DNA of 37,795 bases from a virus, in the IMG/VR virus record IMGVR_UViG_3300019132_000022, positions 1-37,795 of that record; one strand, given 5' to 3'. Under the pieces are notes generated by a model. It was not told the origin of the DNA, ran no database searches, and saw only the letters and a program-made list of their open reading frames with translations. Position numbers and translations under genes: made by a program. Shown piece by piece: positions 1 to 7,510 of this stretch (positions are counted from its first letter, which is position 1; the number at the start of each line of letters is the position of its first letter).

Positions 1-99
1 CGGGCTCTTCCCGCAGCTCTGGGCGGGCATCTTCCACGACGTGACGGAGCGCATGGAGGCTCTGACGAAGGCCGGGGCTGAGCGATTCAACCTCAAGAC
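1..99. repeat. Terminal direct repeat, identical to 37697..37795 (contig closes on itself; unit length 37,696 bp)
   Basis: Bases 1-99 (cgggctcttcccgcagctctggg...cctcaagac) recur exactly at 37697-37795. An ORF is in frame across the junction. Confidence 0.95.
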
Positions 100-481
100 G
101 GAGCCCCTCAACGAGGACGAGGAAGCGTGCCTTCGCTGGCGGGAGACCCAGAGGGCCCTCAAGGCGCTGGAGAAGATGAAGGGTGCGGACCTCCTGAAGC
201 AGGAGGGGCCCTTTATCGTCAACGTGGAGACGGCCTTGGACTTCCTGCGCTGGCGCGGCCACGACGACTCCTGCAAGCGCCCCGGGCCGGACGGGCAGAC
301 CAACCGCGGCCTGCTCTTGTCCCCACCGCCCACGGAGGCCCAGGAGAGGACGTTGCTCGAGCGCGTGCGTGCGGAGGCGAAGGCGTTGGGCGGGAGGCCC
401 CTCACGTGGCAGGAGGCGCTCGGCATCGCCGCGGCCGCCGGCGGGGCGTTGCTGGCCGCCCCGGCACTGGCGCCGCTGTAG
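2..481 (+). CDS. C-terminal part of a junction-spanning secreted protein (N-terminus at 37602..37795; about 191 aa when circularised)
   Basis: ORF track 41..481 is open upstream to base 2 in the same frame (GLFPQLWAGIFHDVTERMEAL...). The same residues are read at 37698 onward, downstream of ATG 37602. G/C is high at third codon positions. The C-terminus is hydrophobic (GIAAAAGGALLAAPALAPL). Confidence 0.75.
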   Translation, partial: GLFPQLWAGIFHDVTERMEALTKAGAERFNLKTEPLNEDEEACLRWRETQRALKALEKMKGADLLKQEGPFIVNVETALDFLRWRGHDDSCKRPGPDGQTNRGLLLSPPPTEAQERTLLERVRAEAKALGGRPLTWQEALGIAAAAGGALLAAPALAPL

Positions 482-494
482 CCCAGAAACACGA

Positions 495-523
495 AAGCCC
501 CCAGCCGCATAGGCCGGGGGCTT
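495..523. terminator. Stem-loop between convergent genes (possible bidirectional terminator)
   Basis: aagccccc (495-502) pairs with gggggctt (516-523), plus three further inner pairs. It lies between the + gene ending at 481 and the - gene ending at 574. No clear U-tract. Confidence 0.55.
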
Positions 524-573
524 CGCATCGCGCTTCACCGGGGGAGGGCGAAGCACTAGGAGGGGAGTCCCTT

Positions 574-924
574 CTACGCTGCGCGGCCGGGTGGCGTCAA
601 CGCTGGTGACGTGTCCCGGGCGCAGAACTCCCAAATGACGCGGTGCCACGCCTGCTCCTCGGTGAGCCCCGAGGTGTGGGCCAGGAGCGCCACGGAGCGG
701 GCCGCCGCCTCGGGCACCGGCACGGTGATAGCCATGATGGACACCCCGCGTGTGGGCACGGAGCGAATGTGCCCCTGCTCGTTCGCCAGGAAGACGGCCT
801 CCACGGCAGCGCAGCGGACGGCGAGGTGTAGCGGGTGCTCAACGTCCGCTGGCGTAAGGGCCTTCGCCACCGAGCAGAGGCGCTGAAGCAGCGGGGCGGG
901 GATGACGATGCGGACGTTCCTCAT
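574..924 (-). CDS. Hypothetical protein; two segments resemble ribbon-helix-helix strand-helix units
   Basis: ORF track, 116 aa. ATGA overlap with the upstream gene (stop 921-923, ATG 924). VRIVIPAPLLQRL and ITVPVPEAAARSVALL look like RHH beta-strand plus helix starts. The function call is weak. Confidence 0.65.
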   Translation of the reverse strand: MRNVRIVIPAPLLQRLCSVAKALTPADVEHPLHLAVRCAAVEAVFLANEQGHIRSVPTRGVSIMAITVPVPEAAARSVALLAHTSGLTEEQAWHRVIWEFCARDTSPALTPPGRAA

Positions 925-1151
925 GGCTTCTCCGTCGGCTCCATCGCGCGGATGGCGTCGGCAACGTCTCCGTTGTCGAAGTCATCGCAAGCGATACTTG
1001 CCGCCTGCGCCTTGGCCTCGGCGTAGCCCTCCGCATGCTTCTCCTCAATCACGCGGTCCAGGTAGCGCAGACCTGCGATGTCGCCTCCACCGCTCGCGCC
1101 GCGCGCGTTGCGCTCAATCCACTCCCTCAGGCGTCTTTCGTTTTCGCTCAC
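921..1151 (-). CDS. Hypothetical protein (76 aa)
   Basis: ORF track. GTG start at 1151 overlaps the upstream stop (GTGA). Codon bias is consistent with coding. Confidence 0.7.
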   Translation of the reverse strand: MSENERRLREWIERNARGASGGGDIAGLRYLDRVIEEKHAEGYAEAKAQAASIACDDFDNGDVADAIRAMEPTEKP

Positions 1152-1402
1152 GGCATGACCCCCGCCTTGCGAAGACTGGCGCGGATGCGCTCGGTCACGA
1201 CGTATGGCAGTTCGTAGCCAAACTGCTCCAGCACGTGCACGAGGTCGCGTGCCATGTCCGGCGCGGCGGCCGCGAGCAAGCCCGGTGGCTCGTCACTGAA
1301 GTCAACGGGGATGGCCTCTCCGCCACGCGTGTAGTTCATATCCTGAGCCACCACCTCGCCAGCTTCGGCGTCCCACATCCAAACGTCGGTTGGAGTTGTC
1401 AT
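1148..1402 (-). CDS. Hypothetical acidic protein (start taken at MTTPTDVW; the ORF extends to 1450)
   Basis: ORF track 1148..1450. The internal ATG at 1402 lies 6 nt downstream of a GAGAAT -10-like hexamer in promoter motif 1409-1437, so the longer start would include the promoter. Confidence 0.6.
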   Translation of the reverse strand: MTTPTDVWMWDAEAGEVVAQDMNYTRGGEAIPVDFSDEPPGLLAAAAPDMARDLVHVLEQFGYELPYVVTERIRASLRKAGVMP

Positions 1403-1408
1403 GTCTTG

Positions 1409-1437
1409 ATTCTCGCGGTTGTCGGGCGGGAGTTGCG
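1409..1437 (-). promoter_or_regulatory. Promoter-like motif CGCAACTCC-N14-GAGAAT (family member 1)
   Basis: Read on the minus strand: CGCAAC tcccgcccgacaaccgc GAGAAT caagac ATG. The spacer between hexamers is 17 nt and the ATG at 1402 is 6 nt after the -10. Confidence 0.55.
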
Positions 1438-1480
1438 TGCATAGCGTCATTTCATGCTCGCCTGCCCGCCCAGAGTCGAC

Positions 1481-1633
1481 ATGGAAGCGGTGTTTCTGAG
1501 GGCCGCCCTCCTGGCCGAGGCGCTCGCTCGAGTCTCGGAGCGCCTCGGCCAGGAAGAGGCGGCGGAGCAGCAGCGGGAGGCCGCGGCGAAGATGCGGAGC
1601 CTACTCCGCGCGCCGGCCATCGATTCGCACTAG
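1481..1633 (+). CDS. Possible small helical protein (50 aa), convergent with and overlapping the rusA-like gene end
   Basis: Not in the ORF track (under 60 aa). Translates as ATG 1481 MEAVFLRAALLAEALARVSERLGQEEAAEQQREAAAKMRSLLRAPAIDSH TAG 1631-1633. Third-position G/C is high, but no RBS or promoter was seen. Confidence 0.25.
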   Translation: MEAVFLRAALLAEALARVSERLGQEEAAEQQREAAAKMRSLLRAPAIDSH

Positions 1634-1936
1634 CGCCTCCGGTCCCTTTTCCTGTGCGTACTCCCACCGGACGAGGGGTGAGGCATCGTCCACCTTCAGC
1701 CAGGAGGCCACGGCATCTCGGATGGACTTAAGCGCCCCCCGGAGGTTGTCGTCATCCAACTGGCGCGGAGCCACCCGGGTGAGCGTCACCATCAGCAGTG
1801 GACCAGCATCCCACGGTGGGCACTTCGCCCGGGTGGCCCGTTTCTGGGCCTCCACTCGCTTCGCCTTCACCGCCCAGTGCTCTCTCAAATTCGACGTGCT
1901 GGCCGCCTTGACTGGGACCTCGAACCGGAAGTTCAC
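1601..1936 (-). CDS. rusA: RusA-like Holliday junction resolvase (111 aa from GTG 1936)
   Basis: The C-terminal part of ORF 1601..2131 resembles E. coli RusA: STSNLREHW versus SNNRYYRH, and RQLDDDNLRGALKSIRDAVASWLKVDDASPLV versus [29 protein letters not shown]. GTG 1936 overlaps the upstream stop (GTGA). Confidence 0.7.
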   Translation of the reverse strand: MNFRFEVPVKAASTSNLREHWAVKAKRVEAQKRATRAKCPPWDAGPLLMVTLTRVAPRQLDDDNLRGALKSIRDAVASWLKVDDASPLVRWEYAQEKGPEALVRIDGRRAE

Positions 1937-2145
1937 GCCACCACCTCCGCCCGACTCGCCAGCCAGCGCAAGAAGGTCATGTGCACCTTGGCGGGGTTGT
2001 AGATTGCGCCGCCGAGCGACTGCGCCTCCCGCCGCCACGCCGCATGGCACTCCGGACCGACGGGATAGCCCTCTCTCAGCAGCGGGAACGCCACGACGGC
2101 CACGCACGTCTCCCGCCCGCAGGCGCAGCACTGGCGCTCGCTCAC
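1933..2145 (-). CDS. Small Cys-containing hypothetical protein (70 aa)
   Basis: ORF track. GTGA overlaps at both ends (2145/2142 and 1936/1933). Contains CCACG...C...C...H. Confidence 0.65.
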   Translation of the reverse strand: MSERQCCACGRETCVAVVAFPLLREGYPVGPECHAAWRREAQSLGGAIYNPAKVHMTFLRWLASRAEVVA

Positions 2146-3251
2146 GGAGTCCCCCGCAGGGCGGCGAGGTCGCGCAGCAGGTGGGCCAGGGGTCGCCGGT
2201 GCAAGTACCTGGAGGCGGCGGCCTTGAGGTCCTCCCGCGTGTACACCTCCGGGGCGCCGGTGAGGGCCTTCACGGCAAGCGCCACGAGGTGTGGTGAAGC
2301 GAAATTGGGCGACCGGGCCACCTCCGTCACGACATGGGCCAGCGCCCCCATGCGGCGCTCTAGCATGGAGAGGGCGGTCACGGCGCGCTTCACTGTGTTG
2401 TCCCGCTCATCGTCAACAACGCTCTCCTCGCCGGCCTCTAGCCCATCGAGCGCCGTGGCGAACGCCTCGGCCGTGGTGGGCTCGGATTCCGGCGGTGCGT
2501 CGTGCGGGTGCTGCCCATCCCAGTCCTGCTGCGCCGGGCTCGACTCCTCCTCCAGCCCGTCCACCTCGGACGCGGGCCCTTCGGGCAGGGGTTGGTCCGC
2601 CTCACTCGTGGCATCGGGGTTGAGCGGCGCGGGTGCCCGATGCACCGCCAGCGCGCGGCGCGCCTCCGTCAGTTCACCGCAGATACACGCCGTTCCGCTC
2701 GGGGCGAGTTCATCCCCCGCCGGACACCCTTGTGTGTGACGCACGTCGGACACGGGCGCCGGGGCGTCGTCGCCGACGATGTAGCCGGACAGCGCCCGCC
2801 ACACGGCTTCGGGGCCCTTGCCCCACCGCGAGCGAATGAGGCGCTGAGCCGTCTGCTCATCCCCCGCCCGCTGGCGGATGGCGGCGAGGGCGGACTCGGC
2901 GACATCAGCGCGCTTCGTCTCGCGCGAGGTCCGCTGGAGCGCAGCCGTCAAGCGGCCCTTGTAGCCCGCCGCGTCCGCCTCCAGCGCCCGCCCCCGCTCG
3001 CGGAGGGCGTCGCGCTCGGCTAGTGCGCGCCCGAGCGCATCGATACGGTCACGCCTCGCCGATGGCGCAACGTGTTCGCCGAACTGCCGACCAAGAAGGT
3101 CGTCAATCCCGTCTATGGTTCGGCGCGCCTCGTCCCGCTCGGCCGTCAGCGCGGCGATGTGGTTCCACATCTGCGATTCGTCATCGCTCATCAGCCGCGC
3201 TGCATGTCGCGCCTTCATCGCCAGCAGTTCCCCCGTCGTCATCTTGCTCAT
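2142..3251 (-). CDS. Hypothetical coiled-coil protein (369 aa from MSKMTTGELL)
   Basis: ORF 2142..3383. The ATG at 3251 overlaps the upstream stop (ATGA). The N-terminal half is rich in Arg/Ala/Glu heptad-like sequence, with an acidic middle. Confidence 0.75.
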   Translation of the reverse strand: MSKMTTGELLAMKARHAARLMSDDESQMWNHIAALTAERDEARRTIDGIDDLLGRQFGEHVAPSARRDRIDALGRALAERDALRERGRALEADAAGYKGRLTAALQRTSRETKRADVAESALAAIRQRAGDEQTAQRLIRSRWGKGPEAVWRALSGYIVGDDAPAPVSDVRHTQGCPAGDELAPSGTACICGELTEARRALAVHRAPAPLNPDATSEADQPLPEGPASEVDGLEEESSPAQQDWDGQHPHDAPPESEPTTAEAFATALDGLEAGEESVVDDERDNTVKRAVTALSMLERRMGALAHVVTEVARSPNFASPHLVALAVKALTGAPEVYTREDLKAAASRYLHRRPLAHLLRDLAALRGTP

Positions 3252-3406
3252 GCCGCCTCCTGGTAGCCACGGCAGAAGATGTTGCCAGCTAGGTCCACGT
3301 AAGGCCCGTTCCGCACCACGCCCGCCGGGGCCGTGAGGCTCAGGATGTTGTGGGCCGACCTCGGTCGTCCGCACTGTTCGCACTTCGGCTCCGCGTCCTT
3401 CCGCAT
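3248..3406 (-). CDS. Small Cys-containing protein (52 aa, MRKDAEPKCEQCGRP...)
   Basis: Internal ATG 3406 of ORF 3248..3577 is preceded by GGGAAAGGGAGG (Shine-Dalgarno) and by promoter motif 3425-3453. The upstream part of the ORF is Arg/Thr-rich junk. Confidence 0.6.
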   Translation of the reverse strand: MRKDAEPKCEQCGRPRSAHNILSLTAPAGVVRNGPYVDLAGNIFCRGYQEAA

Positions 3407-3424
3407 GCTGCCTCCCTTTCCCTG

Positions 3425-3453
3425 ATTATCGGCCGGGCCGCTCCGGAGTTGCG
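3425..3453 (-). promoter_or_regulatory. Promoter-like motif CGCAACTCC-N14-GATAAT (family member 2)
   Basis: Minus strand: CGCAAC tccggagcggcccggcc GATAAT cagggaaagggaggcagc ATG(3406). Confidence 0.55.
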
Positions 3454-3629
3454 TCGCGCCTTTCGATTTCGTGCGCGTCGAAGAGGTGGAGGCGGCGGTG
3501 GGTGCCGTTGCTCCAGAGTCCGCAGCCGTCCTCCTCCCACCCCGCGTCGCGCAACTCGGCCGCCATCTCCTCGGCATTGGCCTTCAGCCACGGCAACAGC
3601 AGGGCCCCGAGGGTCTCCGGCGCGCTCAC
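3426..3629 (-). CDS. Hypothetical protein (67 aa from GTG 3629)
   Basis: C-terminal part of ORF 3426..4013 (VSAPETLGALLLPWLKANAEEMAAELRDAGWEEDG...). GTG 3629 overlaps the dnaB-like stop 3626-3628 (GTGA). Confidence 0.5.
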   Translation of the reverse strand: MSAPETLGALLLPWLKANAEEMAAELRDAGWEEDGCGLWSNGTHRRLHLFDAHEIERRDATPERPGR

Positions 3630-5104
3630 GTGCCCACCCCGCCGAAGGGCGGTGGGCGCTTGCCCTTGGCAGCATCCCTCGCCGCCCGCGCCTCCTCCTT
3701 GGCTGCCTGTGCGGCATCGGCCCTCTTCTTCGCCTCCGCCGCGAAGTCCACCACCCGTCCTCGCGATCGGTGGAGGAGGCCGAAGCGCCCGCCCTCCTCC
3801 TTCTCGAGCGCGGCGGTGACGCCCTTCGCGCCGCGGGTGTGCTTCACCACCGTGCAGAGCACTTCGCCGGGGAAATTGTCGGTGTCCTCCCAGTTGATGA
3901 GACACGAGCGCATTGCGGCGTCCAGGTAACCGGACTCCTTCAAGTCCTTCATCTTCGGCTGGGTGTTCTCTTCGCCGTCCCGGTTGAGGTGCCAGAGGAC
4001 GATGATGGCGCACTTGTGCCGGGCGCCCAGTGTCGCGAGCGTGTCCATGGCCCGGCCGATGGCGATGTCATAGCGGGCCTTCGCGTCCGTCGTGTAGCGA
4101 ATGCGCAAGCCGTGGTCGATGACGATGAAGCGCACCCCTTCGGCCAGCCACCGCTTGATTTCCTGGAGCACGTCCGGCCAGTCCGCAATGGGGGTGTCGC
4201 TGGCCATGGCCTCCGTGTCCACGTCCGAGGTGTCGTAGACAAAGAGGCGCTCGTTGAGCACCGAGAACGCCTCTTCGCACCACCGCACGTGTTCGTCCTG
4301 CTGGTGCTCATGGAGCCGCGCGAAACCCACCTTGCCGTAGTCCAACCCCAGGCGCCGCGCGGTGAGCCTGTCGAAGGCCCAGCCGGTGCCGTCCTCGAGC
4401 CCGAAGAGGCCGCCCTTGTGGCCCAGGCGGTGCGTCCAGTCCCAGATGCAGTCGGTGATGAGCCCCGTTTTGAAGCCTCCGGAACGGGCAGCCACCACGT
4501 TGAGGTTGTCGACGAAGCCGGGGAACACCTCGGCCAGCCCCTCATGGGGGACGGGCAGGTAGGGCTGCACCTCACCTCGCATGGCCTTCTCCCACCTGTC
4601 CTGCTGCGCGATGACGTCTTTCCCGCCCATTCGCAGGGGTCGGGTGGACTTCACGGCCTGAAGCGCCTGGATGCCCTCCAGGGCCGCGCGAGCGGGCGGG
4701 ACGTTGGGGTCATGCGCCAAGCCGACTACGTGGCGCCCTGCGCCTTCCAGGGCCCTTCTCTGGGCTGCGTCGCGGATGGCCGCCACGTAGGCCGCCACGT
4801 TCCACTCCACGGCAAGGGTCTGGTCCAGGCCCATGAGGTAGGCGATTTGGTTACTTTCGCCCTCAGTGGGTCGTTCCACACCCACCTCCGCCAGCCGCCC
4901 ACGGGCCTTGAGCCGCTCGGGGACGGTGAGCATATCGGACGGCTTGCCCTCTGCGGCCAGGGAGAGCATCACCTCCCACACGTGCCGGTGGCCGGGCCCC
5001 ACGAATTCGGCGGGGGTGAGGTCCGACACGTCCCGGACGGGGAGTTTCTGGGCGAGCACGAGCCCCAGAATCGCCCGCTCGGCTTCCATGGCCTGGAGGC
5101 TCAC
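3626..5104 (-). CDS. dnaB: DnaB-family replicative DNA helicase
   Basis: ORF 3626..5359. N-terminal AERAILGLVL is a DnaB N-domain signature. Walker A-like AARSGGFKTG and Walker B-like RFIVIDHGL are present. Start is GTG 5104 (GTGA overlap with the upstream stop) or ATG 5089. The tail is Lys/Ala-rich. Confidence 0.85.
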   Translation of the reverse strand: MSLQAMEAERAILGLVLAQKLPVRDVSDLTPAEFVGPGHRHVWEVMLSLAAEGKPSDMLTVPERLKARGRLAEVGVERPTEGESNQIAYLMGLDQTLAVEWNVAAYVAAIRDAAQRRALEGAGRHVVGLAHDPNVPPARAALEGIQALQAVKSTRPLRMGGKDVIAQQDRWEKAMRGEVQPYLPVPHEGLAEVFPGFVDNLNVVAARSGGFKTGLITDCIWDWTHRLGHKGGLFGLEDGTGWAFDRLTARRLGLDYGKVGFARLHEHQQDEHVRWCEEAFSVLNERLFVYDTSDVDTEAMASDTPIADWPDVLQEIKRWLAEGVRFIVIDHGLRIRYTTDAKARYDIAIGRAMDTLATLGARHKCAIIVLWHLNRDGEENTQPKMKDLKESGYLDAAMRSCLINWEDTDNFPGEVLCTVVKHTRGAKGVTAALEKEEGGRFGLLHRSRGRVVDFAAEAKKRADAAQAAKEEARAARDAAKGKRPPPFGGVGT

Positions 5105-6156
5105 AGGGCACCTCCCGCCGCCTTCAGCGCCCGGCCTTCCCACTGCGCTCGGCTCGCGAGGAAGTAGCCGAGGCTCCATGGGACGTCCATGCCCGCCCGC
5201 GTCTCGTCGGCGAGGTATTCGGCCCAGGCCGCGTTGAGCAGTTTGGCCTCCGGGCAGTCTTTCTCGAGCTTGGCCAGCGCCCCGAGGTCTCGGTTCATCC
5301 GGGCGGGCTTCCAGCCGTCGTCCACGAAGGTCACGCCTGCCTCGGCGCACCGCTCGCAACGACTGCCCTGAAGGTTCGAGTACAGGCGCTCGGCCTTCGA
5401 CGGCTCCCGGGGCTTCTTGCCTCCGGCGGGTGAGACGAGTTCCAGCGTCGGCCGCTCGCTGACGGGCTCGGCGTGGTCCGTCGCATCGGGCAGGTCATCG
5501 GCAGGTGGTGGGTCATCCACGGCACCACCGCCCAGTTGTTCAGGGATTACTGGCGCGGCGACAGCCGTCGCCTGCGAAGCAGAAACTCCTGCATCCTGCA
5601 TCCTGCATCCTGCATCCTGGGGGCGATACCCTTCGAGGAACCCATCCCCCATGGGTTCCTGGATGGGTTTGGCGAAGGCTTTGGCGAAGGCTTCCAGGAA
5701 GGGTTCCGGGTGCGCCAGAACCTCGCGTAATTGCTCACGAATTCCGGCGAGCGCGCGGTAGAGAAGCGAGCACTCGGGGAGGTCCATTCGGGCCACCTTG
5801 CGCCATGCGGCCACGACATTCGGGCCCGTCGGCGGCTCGTAGCGAGCGGCCTTCCGGAGCCACACCAACCCTGCGCCCCAGTCGGCCTCAACCATCCCTT
5901 CCCGGAAGGGTTGGGCGAACCCATCCCGGAACCCTTCCAGGGTGAGTCCACACAGCCGGGCAGCCTCCTCCTCATGCAGTGGGAAGAGTCCGGGGATGGA
6001 CGTTGTGCGTGGGTTCGTCAGGAGGAAGAGCCACACGGTGCGCCCGTTGGCGTTGAACGAGAGAAAGCGCCGGTCGTGCCAGAGCCGCGTGTCGATGCGG
6101 CGGTAGCGCCGCTCTCCGTGCTCTGGCTTGACCTGCCAGCTGGATTTCTCAGCCAT
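5101..6156 (-). CDS. Replication initiator / replisome-organiser-like protein (351 aa from MAEKSSWQV)
   Basis: ORF 5101..6261 with ATG 6156. It sits immediately upstream of, and is coupled to, the helicase gene. The N-terminus is winged-helix-like (RRIDTRLWHDRRFLSFNANGRTVWLFLLTNP), the linker is low-complexity, and the C-terminal domain looks conserved (WKPARMNRDLGALAKL...WAEYL). Function is inferred from position and architecture. Confidence 0.65.
   Translation of the reverse strand: MAEKSSWQVKPEHGERRYRRIDTRLWHDRRFLSFNANGRTVWLFLLTNPRTTSIPGLFPLHEEEAARLCGLTLEGFRDGFAQPFREGMVEADWGAGLVWLRKAARYEPPTGPNVVAAWRKVARMDLPECSLLYRALAGIREQLREVLAHPEPFLEAFAKAFAKPIQEPMGDGFLEGYRPQDAGCRMQDAGVSASQATAVAAPVIPEQLGGGAVDDPPPADDLPDATDHAEPVSERPTLELVSPAGGKKPREPSKAERLYSNLQGSRCERCAEAGVTFVDDGWKPARMNRDLGALAKLEKDCPEAKLLNAAWAEYLADETRAGMDVPWSLGYFLASRAQWEGRALKAAGGAL
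5588..5691. repeat. Repeat cluster inside the initiator gene: CCTGCAT x4.5, a 9-bp inverted repeat, and TTTGGCGAAGGC x2 (candidate origin iterons)
   Basis: CCTGCAT occurs at 5588, 5595, 5602 and 5609, with a partial copy at 5616-5619. ggaacccat (5637-5645) pairs with atgggttcc (5651-5659). tttggcgaaggc occurs at 5668-5679 and 5680-5691. Confidence 0.8.
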
Positions 6157-6308
6157 AGAAACGACACCGCCCCGCATCGCGCTCTCACACGCGAAGGGGG
6201 CGGCGGACTCCGAGAGGGATGGAGTCGTGAATGGGATACGCGAGGTGAGAGGCTCGCGCAAGCAGGAGGAATATGACGCTAGGGCGACCGCTCGTCAACC
6301 GGCCGCCG

Positions 6309-6629
6309 TCAAGGGCACTGCGTCGAGGCCCACAAGTCCTCGTCGTTCGGGTTGCCGTCCACGTCCACGTCGAGAGACCCGTGCGGAACGGACTCCAGGG
6401 CCTCGAGCGCGGCGGTGAGGGCGAGTGTGGTGGGGTGGTTCGCCGCGTTCTTCTGGTACCGGGCGCACCAGCGATAGAAGCGCGCGTGCTGGAGTGGCTC
6501 GTGTGGCCGGCCGTTGAGCACCGCCAGTCCCTTGGAGAAGCAACTTTGGCAGATGTCGGGCATGTACGGGTCCAGCGAGTCCGTATCGAAGATGTCACCG
6601 CAGCGAAGACAGGGGAGGCGGAGCGTCAA
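6309..6629 (-). CDS. Zn-ribbon protein (106 aa; CLRCG...CQSC)
   Basis: ORF track. TTG start at 6629 is preceded by AAGGAGG and overlaps the upstream stop. Two CxxC pairs are present. Confidence 0.7.
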   Translation of the reverse strand: MTLRLPCLRCGDIFDTDSLDPYMPDICQSCFSKGLAVLNGRPHEPLQHARFYRWCARYQKNAANHPTTLALTAALEALESVPHGSLDVDVDGNPNDEDLWASTQCP

Positions 6630-6871
6630 GAGGCCTCCTTGGCCGACTCTGCCTTAACCCAGCGCCGACGGTGCTTCGCGACTTCCTTCTTGAGGAACGT
6701 CGCGCCGAAGGCGGCCGCCGCCCTGACGTTGGGGTCCCTGGCCGTATCGAGAAACGCCTTGGACTGGAGCCATCGGTCCGAGTGCTCGGCACACAAACCG
6801 CAATCGCGGTCAACGTCCCTTGGTTCCGGGCCGTGCGGCCACGTGCATTGGTTTCGGTTCTTCGTGCTCAT
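6626..6871 (-). CDS. Hypothetical protein (81 aa)
   Basis: ORF track. ATGA overlap with the upstream gene at 6868-6871. Confidence 0.7.
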   Translation of the reverse strand: MSTKNRNQCTWPHGPEPRDVDRDCGLCAEHSDRWLQSKAFLDTARDPNVRAAAAFGATFLKKEVAKHRRRWVKAESAKEAS

Positions 6872-7119
6872 GGCTGGTTATCGCTCCGGGGCTGGGGAAG
6901 TTGCTTCGCGCGCGAGCGGCGCTGGCGAACACGCTTGGGCACCCAACCCGCCGCGGCGAGAGCGATACGGAAGCGAGGCTCTGACACCCGCCTGTTGCGC
7001 GCGGCCTCACCCATGGAGAGGCCGCCCGTCATGACGTCCTCCACGGCGCGCCTCAGGCGCTTCGCCCTCTCTGTCGCCTCCTGCTGCATGAGGGCGGAGC
7101 GCTCAGGTGCGGCGTTCAT
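6868..7119 (-). CDS. Helix-turn-helix DNA-binding protein (83 aa from MNAAPERS)
   Basis: ORF 6868..7194 with ATG 7119 in an ATGA overlap. LSMGEAARNRRVSEPRFRIALAAAG looks like an HTH, and the tail is basic. Confidence 0.65.
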   Translation of the reverse strand: MNAAPERSALMQQEATERAKRLRRAVEDVMTGGLSMGEAARNRRVSEPRFRIALAAAGWVPKRVRQRRSRAKQLPQPRSDNQP

Positions 7120-7319
7120 GGCGTCACGTCCTTCCAGACGCCGCGCTTGCACTCGGAGACCGTCAAACGGTTGCGCGTGAGCCGAGCCACCCACGAGAGC
7201 TGGCCGCGCACCGTGGTGACGGCTGCACCCTGCTGTCGCAGCGTTGCCTCATCGCCGGTGATGCGCTCCAGCAACTCACCCTTGCGGTTCCGCAGCACTA
7301 GCGTCCATATGTCGCTCAT
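7116..7319 (-). CDS. Small conserved protein, paralog A of 14714..14926 (67 aa from MSDIWTLV)
   Basis: ORF 7116..7370 with ATG 7319 in an ATGA overlap. It shares LRxQGAAxTTxRGQLxW...CKRGVW with the second copy. Confidence 0.7.
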   Translation of the reverse strand: MSDIWTLVLRNRKGELLERITGDEATLRQQGAAVTTVRGQLSWVARLTRNRLTVSECKRGVWKDVTP

Positions 7320-7492
7320 CGCTTCGCCGCCTTGCGCTGGGGCATTTCCGCGTCCCGGGTCTTCCGCCACTCACGGAGCATCCGATTGACCGCCTGCGCG
7401 GCGCTCAGGTCGGTCGCCTCCTGCGTGCGAATGCGGTCCATCTCATCCACCACATACGTCGCGACGTCCTTGTCCAGCCTCACCTGTGCCAT
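7316..7492 (-). CDS. Ribbon-helix-helix (Arc/CopG-like) regulator, first gene of the leftward arm (58 aa)
   Basis: ORF 7316..7591. ATG 7492 is preceded by AGGAGG. MAQVRLDKDVATYVVDEM fits the RHH beta-strand plus helix pattern. Located at the divergent promoter region. Confidence 0.6.
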   Translation of the reverse strand: MAQVRLDKDVATYVVDEMDRIRTQEATDLSAAQAVNRMLREWRKTRDAEMPQRKAAKR

Positions 7493-7510
7493 TCGGCACC
7501 TCCTGCGACA

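Noticed and set aside
1-99. The 99-bp end repeat as a genuine biological direct terminal repeat or LTR-like mobile-element boundary
   Set aside because: An intact ORF reads straight through the joined ends. An exact overlap of this kind is the usual signature of a circular assembly. It cannot be separated from true terminal redundancy without read-level data, so it is reported only as closure evidence.
1428-1440. Reading the GGAGTTGCG motif on its other strand, either as a sigma54 -12 element (TTGC) or as a TTGCGT -35
   Set aside because: No GG dinucleotide sits at the required -24 spacing in the copies checked. No -10 hexamer follows at 16-18 nt on that strand. That orientation also points away from the adjacent genes in every case. 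The CGCAAC...GAnAAT orientation always faces a gene.
5588-5619. Heptamer tandem repeat as a CRISPR array or mobile-element end
   Set aside because: The repeats are contiguous with no spacers. The unit is only 7 bp. They lie inside a coding linker region, and no cas or transposase genes are present.
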